The notes: generated by a model from the letters alone, not told the origin. Positions 45,754 to 56,105 are shown, numbered from the stretch's first letter. The stretch is DNA of 64,000 nt from an uncultured Muribaculaceae bacterium (GCA_910586895.1 CAJUIW010000002.1:19837-83836); one strand, 5' to 3'. Made by a program: numbers and translations.

Positions 45754-47631
45754 ATGCATTTTGACTACGACGTAATAGTTGTGGGCGCAGGTCATGCCGG
45801 CTGTGAGGCGGCATCGGCGGCTGCGCGCCTTGGCTCGCGCACCTTGCTTATCACCATTGATATGAACAAGATAGCGCAGATGAGCTGTAACCCTGCGGTG
45901 GGTGGGATAGCCAAGGGACAGATAGTCAGAGAAATTGATGCGCTGGGAGGTCAGATGGGTATTGTCACTGACCGCAGTGCCATCCAGTTCCGTATGCTTA
46001 ACCGCTCGAAAGGTCCTGCAATGTGGAGCCCGCGAGCGCAGAGCGACCGCATGGTGTTCAGCAAAATCTGGCGCGAGACACTCGAGAATACCCCTAACCT
46101 TTATATGTGGCAGGACAACGTGAACCGTCTTCTTATCGAGAATGGAGCTGTTTGCGGTGTTGTGACAGATATGGGAGTCGAGTTCAAGGCAAAAGCTGTG
46201 ATTCTTACTGCCGGTACGTTCTTGAACGGGCTTATGCATATCGGGCCGGTGAAACTTGCCGGTGGACGTGTTGCCGAGCCTGCCTCACGTGGGCTCACTG
46301 AGCAGCTGCGTGAGTTGGGCTTTACCACTGACCGTATGAAAACGGGTACTCCCGTGCGTATTGACGGACGCTCGGTAGACTTTACAAAGACAATTCCCCA
46401 GGAAGGAGATTCGGACTTCCATAAGTTCAGTTATCTCCCCTCGGTTCACCGCGAGCTGAAACAGCGCGAATGCTATATACTCTATACCGGGAAAGATACA
46501 CATCAGATACTTCGTGATGCGCTCCCGGAATCACCTCTCTACAACGGACAGATTCAGAGCATAGGGCCGCGCTACTGCCCGAGCATCGAAACCAAGATTG
46601 TAACCTTTGCCGATAAGGATTCCCACCAGCTGTTTCTTGAGCCGGAGGGAGAGAGCACATGCGAATTCTATCTCAATGGATTCAGCAGCTCGCTTCCCCT
46701 GAATGTGCAGATCGAGGCGCTGCATACTATCCCCGCCTTGTCCGATGTGCATATCTACCGCCCCGGCTATGCTATAGAATATGACTTCTTCGATCCTACC
46801 CAGCTTCTGCATACATTGGAGACGAAGCTCGTAAGCGGACTGTTCTTTGCCGGGCAGGTAAACGGTACTACAGGCTACGAAGAGGCGGCAGGGCAGGGCA
46901 TTGTTGCCGGTATAAACGCACATCAGAAAGCTACCGGAGGTGCACCTTTTATTCTTTCGCGCGATGAAGCATATATAGGTGTTCTTATCGACGACCTTGT
47001 GACCAAAGGGGTGGATGAGCCTTACCGTATGTTTACCTCAAGGGCTGAATATAGAATTCTGCTCCGGCAGGATGATGCTGATATGCGTCTTACTCCCCGG
47101 GCCTACGAACTGGGACTCGCTTCGGAGGAGCGCTATGCGCTTATGATGTCGAAGCGTCAGCTTCGCGACGAGCTTATCGAGTTTGCCGAATCCTACTCTG
47201 TTCGTCCAGCCGATTTGAACCCGTATCTGGAGAGCATAAATGAATCGCCGCTCAAACAGGGCGTGAAACTGCGTGACCTGATACTGCGTCCGGCTCTTAA
47301 TTTCGGAATGCTTGCCGAGGTTGTTCCCGCACTTGCCGAGCGTATTTCTGCACTGCCGGCCGACCGTAGGGACGAGATTGTGGAGTGTGCCGAGATATTG
47401 CTGAAGTATCGTGGCTACATCGAACGTGAGCAGCAGATAGCTGATAAGATACGCCGGCTTGAAGATGTGAAGCTCCGCGGTAAGCTTGACTTTGACAGTA
47501 TCAAGTCCATCTCAACCGAGGCGCGGCAGAAGCTGAAGCGTATTGACCCGCTGACGGTGGGCCAGGCTTCTCGAATACCCGGAATTTCTCCGGCCGATAT
47601 AAATATACTTCTTCTGTTGCTTGGAAGATAG
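45754..47631 (+). CDS. mnmG: tRNA uridine-5-carboxymethylaminomethyl(34) synthesis enzyme
   Basis: 625 aa. FAD fold YDVIVVGAGHAGCEA, GidA signature regions. Confidence 0.95.
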   Translation: MHFDYDVIVVGAGHAGCEAASAAARLGSRTLLITIDMNKIAQMSCNPAVGGIAKGQIVREIDALGGQMGIVTDRSAIQFRMLNRSKGPAMWSPRAQSDRMVFSKIWRETLENTPNLYMWQDNVNRLLIENGAVCGVVTDMGVEFKAKAVILTAGTFLNGLMHIGPVKLAGGRVAEPASRGLTEQLRELGFTTDRMKTGTPVRIDGRSVDFTKTIPQEGDSDFHKFSYLPSVHRELKQRECYILYTGKDTHQILRDALPESPLYNGQIQSIGPRYCPSIETKIVTFADKDSHQLFLEPEGESTCEFYLNGFSSSLPLNVQIEALHTIPALSDVHIYRPGYAIEYDFFDPTQLLHTLETKLVSGLFFAGQVNGTTGYEEAAGQGIVAGINAHQKATGGAPFILSRDEAYIGVLIDDLVTKGVDEPYRMFTSRAEYRILLRQDDADMRLTPRAYELGLASEERYALMMSKRQLRDELIEFAESYSVRPADLNPYLESINESPLKQGVKLRDLILRPALNFGMLAEVVPALAERISALPADRRDEIVECAEILLKYRGYIEREQQIADKIRRLEDVKLRGKLDFDSIKSISTEARQKLKRIDPLTVGQASRIPGISPADINILLLLLGR

Positions 47632-47701
47632 AGGATGTTTCATGTTTCACGTGGAACATAAATAAAATTCAAATTATCAACTTATTAATAGAATAATTGC
47701 G

Positions 47702-48220
47702 ATGGAATACATCAAATCAAAAATCCGCGACGTTGTGGATTTCCCTCAGAAGGGTGTAGTGTTCAAGGACCTCACCACAGTGTTTAAGGACCCCCGCGCT
47801 CTTCACATCATAGGCTGGGACCTTTCGCAGCTTTACCGCGACAAGGGTGTCACCAAAGTGGTGGGCATCGAATCACGCGGATTTATCGGAGGCTCAATCC
47901 TTGCGTTTGAACTTGGTGCCGGTTTCGTGCCTGCCCGTAAGCCCGGCAAGCTCCCCGCTGATACCGTGAAGGCATCATATCAGAAAGAGTATGGTGTTGA
48001 TACAATCGAGATTCATAGCGACGCCATCACTCCTGATGATATCGTGGTGATACATGACGATGTTCTGGCTACAGGCGGAACCATGGCTGCATGCTACGAA
48101 CTGGTGAAGAGCATGAATCCGAAAAAGATTTATGTCAACTTCATCATTGAGCTCGGCGCTCTGAACGGCCGCGCCAACCTCCCTGCCGATGCAGAGGTGA
48201 CATCGCTTATAGCTTATTGA
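47702..48220 (+). CDS. apt: adenine phosphoribosyltransferase
   Basis: 172 aa. PRPP-binding VVIHDDVLATGGT motif. Confidence 0.93.
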   Translation: MEYIKSKIRDVVDFPQKGVVFKDLTTVFKDPRALHIIGWDLSQLYRDKGVTKVVGIESRGFIGGSILAFELGAGFVPARKPGKLPADTVKASYQKEYGVDTIEIHSDAITPDDIVVIHDDVLATGGTMAACYELVKSMNPKKIYVNFIIELGALNGRANLPADAEVTSLIAY

Positions 48221-48266
48221 TTGCACTGTCGTAAAACCGGACTCTGGTCCGCAGTGTTATAACAGT

Positions 48267-50075
48267 ATGCCTAAGCATAGAAAATCGGCTGAGCTGGAGG
48301 AGAAGATTTCCATCCTCCCCACCACCCCCGGAGTGTACATGTATTTCGATTCCGAGGGTACGGTTATCTATGTAGGAAAGGCGAAGAATCTGAAGCGGAG
48401 AGTGTCGTCGTATTTCAACCGCACTCACGATTCGCTCCGCACCAATCTCCTTGTCCGCGCCATTGCGGACATGAAGTATATTGTAGTACCTACCGAGGCT
48501 GATGCTCTGAATCTGGAAAACGCCATGATCAAGGAGTATCAGCCTCGCTATAATGTGCTGCTTAAGGACGACAAATCCTATCCCTGGATTGTGGTGACAA
48601 AAGAACCGTTTCCACGGGTGTTCATGACGCGCCAGAAGATAAAGGACGGCTCCCGGTATTATGGCCCCTACACTGACAGCGGGGCGGCGCGGATGGTGCT
48701 CGAGCTTATCCACTCGCTCTATAAGCTACGCTCATGCCGGATGCTGATCACGCCGGAATATGTGGCCTCTGGCAAAGGACGGCTCTGTCTTGACTATCTC
48801 ATCAAGCGCTGTTCAGGGCCGTGTACAGGACTTGTCAGCGAGGAGGAATATGGGCAGCAGATAGAGCGTGTGAAGCAGATATTGCGCGGCGACCTTGCTG
48901 AGCTGAATGACTATCTCCGCAGCGAGATGATGCAGTATGCCTCGGAGCTGCGGTTTGAGGAGGCGCAAGCTGTGAAGGATAAGCTTGCCGTACTCGAGCG
49001 GTACACGGTGAAGAGCTCCATTGTAAGCCAGACGGTGGAGGATCTTGACGTATTCGGCATATACGACGACGGCTCGCCGGAGGTATTCATCAATTATATG
49101 CATGTGCGTCGCGGGGCGGTGGTGCGCAGCCTTACGCTTGAATTCCGCCGCCGTATGGAGGAATCGTCGGAGCAGCTTTTAGCCTACGCCATGGCCGAGG
49201 TTGAGCGCTCGCTTGAGGTGCGGTTCCGTGAGGTTGTAGTGCCGGTGCTTCCGGATGTGGAGATGCCGGAAGTGACATTCACCATACCGCAGAGGGGCGA
49301 CAAGGCAAAGCTCCTCGATGTGTCGGTGCGCAATGCCCGTCAGCACAAGGTGGACATGCTTAAGCATATGGAAAAGCGCGACCCGGAGCAGCGTACACAG
49401 CGGTTGCTTGAACGCATCAAACAGGACTTCCGGCTGTCGGAATTGCCGGCGCATATAGAGTGCTTCGACAACTCGAATATACAGGGCACGAATCCTGTGG
49501 CGAGTTGCGTGGTGTTCCGCAACGGAAAGCCCTCGAAAAAGGACTACCGGCATTTCAATATCAAAACCGTGGAGGGCCCTGACGACTTTGCCTCGATGAA
49601 AGAGGTGCTCACCCGGCGTTATACCCGATTGGTCGAGGAGGGTGAGGAGCTGCCTCAGCTTATAGTGGTGGATGGTGGCAAAGGACAGCTAAGCGCCGCT
49701 GTGGAGGCTCTTGATGCGATGGGGCTGCGCGGACGGATAGCCGTGGTGGGTATCGCCAAGCGGCTTGAAGAGATTTATTTCCCGGGCGACAGCGTGCCTC
49801 TCTATATTGATAAGAACAGCGAGACTCTGCGCGTGGTGCAGCATCTGCGCGACGAGGCTCACCGCTTCGGCATAACCCATCACCGCAACCGCCGCAGCAA
49901 GACTCAGGCTGTATCGGCTCTTGACTCAATAAAGGGTGTGGGTGAGAAAACCCGACAGGCTCTGCTGACGCATTTCAAGAGCGTGAAGCGCATCCGTGAG
50001 GCTGATATTGATGAAATTGCATCGGTTATAGGACCTGCTAAAGCATCTATTGTATACAATGCTCTGGATGACTGA
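48267..50075 (+). CDS. uvrC: excinuclease ABC subunit C
   Basis: 602 aa. GIY-YIG (GVYMYFD .. VIYVGKA), UVR domain, Endo V-like domain and C-terminal HhH. Confidence 0.95.
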   Translation: MPKHRKSAELEEKISILPTTPGVYMYFDSEGTVIYVGKAKNLKRRVSSYFNRTHDSLRTNLLVRAIADMKYIVVPTEADALNLENAMIKEYQPRYNVLLKDDKSYPWIVVTKEPFPRVFMTRQKIKDGSRYYGPYTDSGAARMVLELIHSLYKLRSCRMLITPEYVASGKGRLCLDYLIKRCSGPCTGLVSEEEYGQQIERVKQILRGDLAELNDYLRSEMMQYASELRFEEAQAVKDKLAVLERYTVKSSIVSQTVEDLDVFGIYDDGSPEVFINYMHVRRGAVVRSLTLEFRRRMEESSEQLLAYAMAEVERSLEVRFREVVVPVLPDVEMPEVTFTIPQRGDKAKLLDVSVRNARQHKVDMLKHMEKRDPEQRTQRLLERIKQDFRLSELPAHIECFDNSNIQGTNPVASCVVFRNGKPSKKDYRHFNIKTVEGPDDFASMKEVLTRRYTRLVEEGEELPQLIVVDGGKGQLSAAVEALDAMGLRGRIAVVGIAKRLEEIYFPGDSVPLYIDKNSETLRVVQHLRDEAHRFGITHHRNRRSKTQAVSALDSIKGVGEKTRQALLTHFKSVKRIREADIDEIASVIGPAKASIVYNALDD

Positions 50076-50140
50076 ATGATAGCTGACGGATGTGGCGCGA
50101 GATAAGAGCGCGGCCGTTGCTAACGGACTTTTAAGAATTT

Positions 50141-50180
50141 GTTATCATTTCGCTGTAAATGGTAACATTTTTTTATTTTT
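50141..50180 (+). terminator. rho-independent terminator downstream of uvrC
   Basis: GTTATCATTT-cgctgt-AAATGGTAAC: 10-bp stem with one G-U pair, followed by ATTTTTTTATTTTT. Confidence 0.75.
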
Positions 50181-50366
50181 CTTGAAGTATTTTTGGAAAA
50201 TTGAAATTTAAAAGATATTTTTGAGGCGTCTAATTGAGCGAAACCCTTACAAGCTTCAAAAACACAACCCATGCGATTCCGTTCATTTAGGTCGGTCCGT
50301 CCGGATATACTGAATATTTTCAGATGTGGCCAAGGGTATTTTTATTTTTAATCATTAACACAAAAA

Positions 50367-51968
50367 TTGCAGATGAAGAAATTTTACACAACACTCGCCA
50401 TGGCCGCCGCCATCGCATTCTCTGCGTCAGCCACCGTTCAACTGTCAAATGACTTTACCAAGGCTGCATCTTCACTCAACTCCGGAACTGTGAATCTTTC
50501 GGAACGAATCACTGACTACCCTGTTTCAGGCAATGCTTTCGGAGCTCCCGAACTTAAGGCTCCCGAAGGAACATGGAAAGAAGTCAGCACCGGAATCTGG
50601 TTTGAAGGACTGCTTGGCAACCGTTTCTCTGATGTTGAAAATACATGGTCATGGGACGTGAAGATAGAGGAGAATGAAGGCAATCCCGGATGGTACCGCC
50701 TGCTTCCTTATTCAGGATCCAATCCCGTTGCATCAATAATAGGTCAATCTGACGAAACCAACTACATGTATATCTGTGCTACAAATCCTGACAAGGTATA
50801 CATGGAACGTTTTGCCGCTTTCGGAAGCACGAATTTCACATTCCTGTCTGCTTGTCCTGAAACCGGTTTTACCAATCAGCTGTACGGAACCCTCACCGAT
50901 GGCGTGATTACATTTCCTTCCGGTACATTGGCATATGTCTCCAGTGGAAAATATTATCTTCTCAACGGGGAGTTCAAACTGGTTCTTAACAAGGAAACTT
51001 ACAAGGACTACACCATGACCTTCGATGTTGAGCTGTGCAATGCGGACAATGCTCCGATTTTCGAGCTTACCACAGGTGCTGATCTGGATGCTGTCTATAT
51101 GACAGAACTTGCCGGCGTTTATCCCATGAATGCCCAGAATGCCGATGTAGTCGTTGCAAGAGGTATTGATATAACACAATACAAGAATAAGCGTGTGCAG
51201 TATCCGTTTAATGGTGCATCAGCTCCCGGTGTCCACACTTTCCTCGTAGTAGGTTTGGATGCTGCCGGAAATATCAAGGAATCAACCGCGCAGTATGCTT
51301 TCAACATGGCTGATGATGATTCAAACTGGGGCGATTCAATTAAAGCTACATACAAGGAAGGTATCCTCAGCCAGATGTTTAGTGATGTTGATGCTGAAGA
51401 TCTGACTGTTTTTGTTCAGGAACACAAGACAAAGCCCGGCTACTTCCGTATCGGTGAGGCTTATGCCACCCACAGCATGTTTGGAGGGAATGCCGTTGAC
51501 CACAAGGAAGGACACGCTCACTACATGTATATCGATGCAACCAACCCCGATCAGGTATATCTCGAACCGAGCGCACTTGGTGTATCTGTAGGCCCGAGCT
51601 GGGGTGAAGCATGTGCTTATTCATGGGGCTATATCTATACTCTCGGTGGCAATCAGGGTCAGGGCGTTACCGATGGCGTCTACGGAACCTTCAAGGATGG
51701 TAAGATCACAATACCGAAAGGCAACATCATGCTCAGCCAGAAGAAGTATTCAAAAGGCTCATTCCTGCAGCTTCCTTCTTCAGACGACTTCGTTGTTGAG
51801 TTGCCCGAGGATTATGCCGCTATCGACGGTGTGGTTATGGATGGCGACAATACCAACGCTCCTGTTGAATACTTCAACCTCCAGGGTGTGAAGGTTGCCA
51901 ATCCCGCCGAAGGTGGTATCTATATCCGCCGTCAGGGTTCGGACGTGAAGAAAATCTATGTAAAATAA
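50367..51968 (+). CDS. secreted protein with internal domain duplication and T9SS C-terminal sorting domain
   Basis: Signal peptide (AFSASA). Two homologous modules (..GWYRLLPY..NYMYICATNPDKVYME.. and ..GYFRIGEAY..HYMYIDATNPDQVYLE..). C-terminal VEYFNLQGVKVANPAEGGIYIRRQGSDVKKIYVK is a T9SS CTD pattern. Confidence 0.7.
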   Translation: MQMKKFYTTLAMAAAIAFSASATVQLSNDFTKAASSLNSGTVNLSERITDYPVSGNAFGAPELKAPEGTWKEVSTGIWFEGLLGNRFSDVENTWSWDVKIEENEGNPGWYRLLPYSGSNPVASIIGQSDETNYMYICATNPDKVYMERFAAFGSTNFTFLSACPETGFTNQLYGTLTDGVITFPSGTLAYVSSGKYYLLNGEFKLVLNKETYKDYTMTFDVELCNADNAPIFELTTGADLDAVYMTELAGVYPMNAQNADVVVARGIDITQYKNKRVQYPFNGASAPGVHTFLVVGLDAAGNIKESTAQYAFNMADDDSNWGDSIKATYKEGILSQMFSDVDAEDLTVFVQEHKTKPGYFRIGEAYATHSMFGGNAVDHKEGHAHYMYIDATNPDQVYLEPSALGVSVGPSWGEACAYSWGYIYTLGGNQGQGVTDGVYGTFKDGKITIPKGNIMLSQKKYSKGSFLQLPSSDDFVVELPEDYAAIDGVVMDGDNTNAPVEYFNLQGVKVANPAEGGIYIRRQGSDVKKIYVK

Positions 51969-52009
51969 GCCAAGGACTATACAGAATAGAATCCTAACTT
52001 AATACAAGC

Positions 52010-52050
52010 GCGGCGCCACAGCCTCCGTTATCCGGGGAGCGTGGCGCCGC
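52010..52050. terminator. hairpin terminator between convergent genes
   Basis: GCGGCGCCAC ... GTGGCGCCGC: 10-bp GC stem followed by TTCTGTTTATT. Confidence 0.6.
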
Positions 52051-52074
52051 TTCTGTTTATTGTAATTAATGCGG

Positions 52075-52566
52075 TCAGCGTCGGGGGAAGGGGCGGAGTT
52101 CGTAGCGCTGGAGAGCTTCGACCCATTCGTCGGCTATGGGTAGGCTGGTGTTGGTATGGCGGTCAAATCCGGCCATCACTACGCGTCCTATGCACTTGGT
52201 CTCGCCCGAATGGCGGTCAACCACACGCTGCTCCATGTGGAGCGAACGGTGGCCTACGGAGGTAACCGTGGTCCATACATCCACTTCCTGACCGAAGAAT
52301 GTTGGGTGATAGAAATCGACATCAATGTGTACCACCACCATGTTCAGGTTGTTCATATCCACCTCTCCGGGACGCAGAGTGGTGAAGTAGTCAATCTTGG
52401 CGAGGTCCATGAAAGTCAGGTAGACGTTGTTGTTCAGGTGGCCCATCATGTCAATGTCGGTGAAGCGTATCTGCATGGGCATGCAGTGGCGGAACGGCTG
52501 CTCGGCCTTCGGTACACGAGGGTTTGACGAGGGGAGGAATGTAGGGGTATCAACAGTATGGTTCAT
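52075..52566 (-). CDS. acyl-CoA thioesterase (4HBT/YbgC-like hotdog fold)
   Basis: 163 aa. IRFTDIDMMGHLNNNVYLTFMD pattern of the 4HBT family. Confidence 0.8.
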   Translation of the reverse strand: MNHTVDTPTFLPSSNPRVPKAEQPFRHCMPMQIRFTDIDMMGHLNNNVYLTFMDLAKIDYFTTLRPGEVDMNNLNMVVVHIDVDFYHPTFFGQEVDVWTTVTSVGHRSLHMEQRVVDRHSGETKCIGRVVMAGFDRHTNTSLPIADEWVEALQRYELRPFPRR

Positions 52567-52856
52567 CAGTGAAATATTATTGATGTGATAACATCCGAAC
52601 CCACCGCGCGGTTTATCTGCTCCACAAGGCGTGTGCGGATATATGATAGTTCGTTCTTAAGTACGGCGGAGGTGATATAGACATGCATCACTCCGCGCTC
52701 CACGTAGCGGCGCGTGGTGTAGCGGTTCACTCCCGGGCCTACAATCTCGGGCCAGAGGAAGCATGCTTTCTGCTCGGCCATTACGCCGGTGAGCCCCTCC
52801 TGAGCGAGGGCGTCGGCTATGATCTGTCCTATCTGTTTCGGCTCGGTGCGCTTCAT
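52566..52856 (-). CDS. DUF721 domain protein
   Basis: 96 aa. It sits in the usual position immediately downstream of recF, with start/stop overlaps on both sides. Confidence 0.72.
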   Translation of the reverse strand: MKRTEPKQIGQIIADALAQEGLTGVMAEQKACFLWPEIVGPGVNRYTTRRYVERGVMHVYITSAVLKNELSYIRTRLVEQINRAVGSDVITSIIFH

Positions 52857-53956
52857 GCCGGGGTGAATGTGCCGTTTTCTACGGTCCAGAGGCGGTAGTC
52901 GCCGGCTGTGTGTGCCACTATCCCGTCAAGGTGACGGCGGTTGGTGTCGGTGATGAATATCTGGCCGAAGCTGCTGTCGGTGACGAGCTGCATGATGCGC
53001 TCCACGCGGTCGGCATCGAGCTTGTCGAATATATCGTCGAGCAGCAGGAGCGGTTTCAGGCCTGTGGCGCGGTGCAGAAATTCGTACTGGGCAAGGCGCA
53101 GGGCTATGGCGAATGTCTTGCACTGGCCCTGCGAGCCGGCGCGCTTCATTGGCATGCCGTCGAGCGTGAGCAGCAGGTCGTCGCGGTGGGGCCCCACGGA
53201 TGTGTGGCGCACTATTTCATCATGGCGGCGGGCGGAGTCGAGGAGTGCCGTGAGCGATCCGTCGGGCGATGCGGCGAGCGATCCGCTGTAGGCTATGCCG
53301 GGAATTTCGGCTGAAGGCCCCGCAATTGCCGCGTAATGACTCCGGAGCATGCCGGTAAGGCAATCGGTCCACTCGGTGCGTCGGGCGTGAATATAGCGTG
53401 CTGAGAGCTCCAGCTGTGTTTCTACGGCCAGATACAGGTTGTAGTCCACACATCCGTCGCGCAGGAGCTTGTTGCGCTGTTCAAGGGCGTTGTTGTAGCG
53501 AAGCAGCGCGTCAAGATAGCGTGCATCGCTCTGCGATATGACGAGGTCCATCCAGCGGCGGCGCTCCTCGCCCCCTCCGCGTATCAGGTCAATGTCCTGC
53601 GGGGCTGCCATGACGAGGGGCACGGTGCCGATATGCTCGCTCAGGCGGCGGTATTCCTTGCCTCCGCGGCGCAGGCTCTTGCGCTTGCCGGGTGCGAGCC
53701 CGAGGGTTATCTCCTGCGGTTCGCCGTGGCGCAGATACAGGGCGCGTGCCGTGGCAAAGGATTCGCCCCGGCGTATCACCATGGCGTCGGTCATGCCGGT
53801 GAAGCTTTTGGTGAAGCTCAGGTAGTAGATGGCGTCAAGCAGATTGCTCTTCCCCATGCCGTTGTTGCCGAGAAAGCAGTTGATTTTTGGCGAGAAGTCA
53901 AGCGAGGCTTCCGCTATGTTCTTGAAGTTGACCAGTGTGAGGGTACTCAGTTCCAT
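52853..53956 (-). CDS. recF: DNA replication and repair protein RecF
   Basis: Walker A GNNGMGKSN, signature GSQGQCKT, Walker B LLLLDDIFDKLD. Start trimmed to MELSTLTLVNFKNI, with a -7 box at 53964-53971. Confidence 0.93.
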   Translation of the reverse strand: MELSTLTLVNFKNIAEASLDFSPKINCFLGNNGMGKSNLLDAIYYLSFTKSFTGMTDAMVIRRGESFATARALYLRHGEPQEITLGLAPGKRKSLRRGGKEYRRLSEHIGTVPLVMAAPQDIDLIRGGGEERRRWMDLVISQSDARYLDALLRYNNALEQRNKLLRDGCVDYNLYLAVETQLELSARYIHARRTEWTDCLTGMLRSHYAAIAGPSAEIPGIAYSGSLAASPDGSLTALLDSARRHDEIVRHTSVGPHRDDLLLTLDGMPMKRAGSQGQCKTFAIALRLAQYEFLHRATGLKPLLLLDDIFDKLDADRVERIMQLVTDSSFGQIFITDTNRRHLDGIVAHTAGDYRLWTVENGTFTPA

Positions 53957-54032
53957 ATCGGTGCAAAGGTACAAAAAAATCCCGCATTGCCGGAGCAATA
54001 CGGGATTGGGAGGTATGGTAAATAAAATGAGC

Positions 54033-55961
54033 TTAGCGGATGATGATTTTTGCTGAAGCGGATCCTGCGCGCAGGATATATATGCCTGTAGCGGGAATGG
54101 TGAAAGTGGCTGTACCGTCGGTGTCAACCATGGCTGAAACAACTGAGCGACCTGTTACGTCAAAGGCGGTGATGGTGCCAGCCGGTGCGCCGGCTATGCT
54201 TACCTCGCGGCCCGAGCAGCTGACGGCGAATGTGTCTGCAGCGTCCGATTCTATGCCGGTGATGGCGGCCAGTACTTCATCTTCGCCGAGTACGTTGGTG
54301 TACGCACCGCGGTCAGGTGCGCCGTCGACGCTGAAGCACATGTAGTCCTTGCCGTTCTTGGCCTTGTTGCCTATGCTTGTGATGCGGGCTGCATTGCCAT
54401 TGGCAAGATTCATTGATTTGCCGGCAGCTGAGAGGAATGCGGGCGAGGATGACGGTGAGAACTCCGTATTTCCTGTTGAGCCGGGGAACGGATCTCCTTC
54501 AAGATATGGGTCTGTCTTGTAGAAAATTGTATTGTAATAGCTAACGGATGTGTTGTCACCGTTGCTTCCATCGGCAGCCACAAGGCGTACGCGTGGATTG
54601 CTCGAGTTGTTGTTGGGGCCATTGTTGTTCCAGCTGTTCTGGTCAAACTGGATCTGCCATATCAGAAGGCCCTTGCCGCAGTGGTACTGGTCCCAGCCTG
54701 TCTGGTCGCGGTATTCGAAGTAGAATACTTCGTTTTCGTCAGATGGGTTATGGAACATGGCGGCCTGACCATTGTTTTCGTTTGACTGCATGTAGATGAA
54801 CTCAGCCTTGTTCAACTCGTAAGGTTCGGTCCAGCCGAGTGCGTGGCGCTCGAATGCGCTGAGGTTCGGGGGATAATATCCGTACAGAAGGTCGCAACCG
54901 GTATCCATTACATCCCAATAGGTGGGTGTCCAATAGTTAGTGGAATTGGAGGGATAGTTGCCAGCAGTAGTGTAGAGGTCGGCAAGGCCGAGCACATGGC
55001 CGAATTCATGGACGAATGTGCCTATGCCCTGTTGATAGTTGGCGTCGTCAACTTCGTTGACATAGCTGTAGCGGTTGATTTTCAGTCCCTGGTATGAAAG
55101 GTTGGTTGTAGCATTGGCAGGCCATATATACTGGCTGTCAAGATGGCCACCCATGCCGGCAAAAATGATGTATACATTGTCGACAGCGCCGTCGCCGTTC
55201 ACATCATATTTCTTAAGGTCGATATCACCCTGAAGAGCTTCGAGGGCCTCTTTGAGCATCGTGCCTTCACGTCCCTGATACGATGCGGCTGTGCCGGATA
55301 GTGTTGCAGTGCCGTAGAGGTCAAACTGGGGGCGGAATTTGTTGCGTGACTGCTTGATGTAGTAGCTGCGGACGCTACCGCCTTCCCATCCTCCCCATTG
55401 GGCCGAGGGGGTATCGGAGTTGAGCCAGCTGTTGATGTCGGCGGTGCTTGTGGAAATCTTTTTGTCGGAGAACTGCACGAGGAGCACAAGGCAGGGAACG
55501 TCGCCCTCGAGCACGAAGTTCTTTGGCACTCCGTTGATGTTTGCCCCGAGGCCGAATCCGCCGGTAGTGGCGCGTGAGTCGGTTGAGAGTGTGCTGATGC
55601 CGTTGTCGGTGATGACGGCCTGCTGCATTGTAGCTGCACGCATGGCCTCGGCCACATTTTCGCGGGCTTCAATGAAGCTTTTGTCAGTAGGCCGGGCTGT
55701 CACAGCCACAGCTGATGCTTCGGCAAGTCCGGTAGCGGGATTGACCACGGCGTAGAAATATGTGCCGTTCTGTTTGATGACGGGAGCACCGGATTTAGCC
55801 TCGACGGTGAAATGGAAGTGCTCGTCACCTAATGTACGCAGTGTGATTTCAGTACCATCGGCCTGACGCACATTGTAGGGTACCGGTCGTGCCGGTCGTG
55901 CAGAGGCTGTGAAAGTGGCGGTCACTGCAAGAGAGAGCATTGCAAGTTTTACTAATTTCAT
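54033..55961 (-). CDS. secreted zinc metalloprotease (M6 immune-inhibitor-A-like) with T9SS C-terminal domain
   Basis: Signal peptide. HEFGHVLGLADLY (HExxH). C-terminal beta-rich tail ..ATGIYILRAGSASAKIIIR typical of T9SS cargo. Confidence 0.78.
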   Translation of the reverse strand: MKLVKLAMLSLAVTATFTASARPARPVPYNVRQADGTEITLRTLGDEHFHFTVEAKSGAPVIKQNGTYFYAVVNPATGLAEASAVAVTARPTDKSFIEARENVAEAMRAATMQQAVITDNGISTLSTDSRATTGGFGLGANINGVPKNFVLEGDVPCLVLLVQFSDKKISTSTADINSWLNSDTPSAQWGGWEGGSVRSYYIKQSRNKFRPQFDLYGTATLSGTAASYQGREGTMLKEALEALQGDIDLKKYDVNGDGAVDNVYIIFAGMGGHLDSQYIWPANATTNLSYQGLKINRYSYVNEVDDANYQQGIGTFVHEFGHVLGLADLYTTAGNYPSNSTNYWTPTYWDVMDTGCDLLYGYYPPNLSAFERHALGWTEPYELNKAEFIYMQSNENNGQAAMFHNPSDENEVFYFEYRDQTGWDQYHCGKGLLIWQIQFDQNSWNNNGPNNNSSNPRVRLVAADGSNGDNTSVSYYNTIFYKTDPYLEGDPFPGSTGNTEFSPSSSPAFLSAAGKSMNLANGNAARITSIGNKAKNGKDYMCFSVDGAPDRGAYTNVLGEDEVLAAITGIESDAADTFAVSCSGREVSIAGAPAGTITAFDVTGRSVVSAMVDTDGTATFTIPATGIYILRAGSASAKIIIR

Positions 55962-56085
55962 GGAAGTATGATAAATTTATGAATATTAATCTAATAAGCG
56001 GAGTATTGTATTGCAAATATATTCAAAAAGAGGGTTTTGGTCAATTGCTTTGCAATTATTAACATAAATGTAACAGGCATCTGTT

Positions 56086-56093
56086 TATCTTTG
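56086..56093 (+). promoter_or_regulatory. -7 promoter box (TAtcTTTG)
   Basis: Exact TAnnTTTG, 13 nt upstream of the ATG at 56106. Confidence 0.45.
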
Positions 56094-56105
56094 CATAAAA
56101 ATTGG

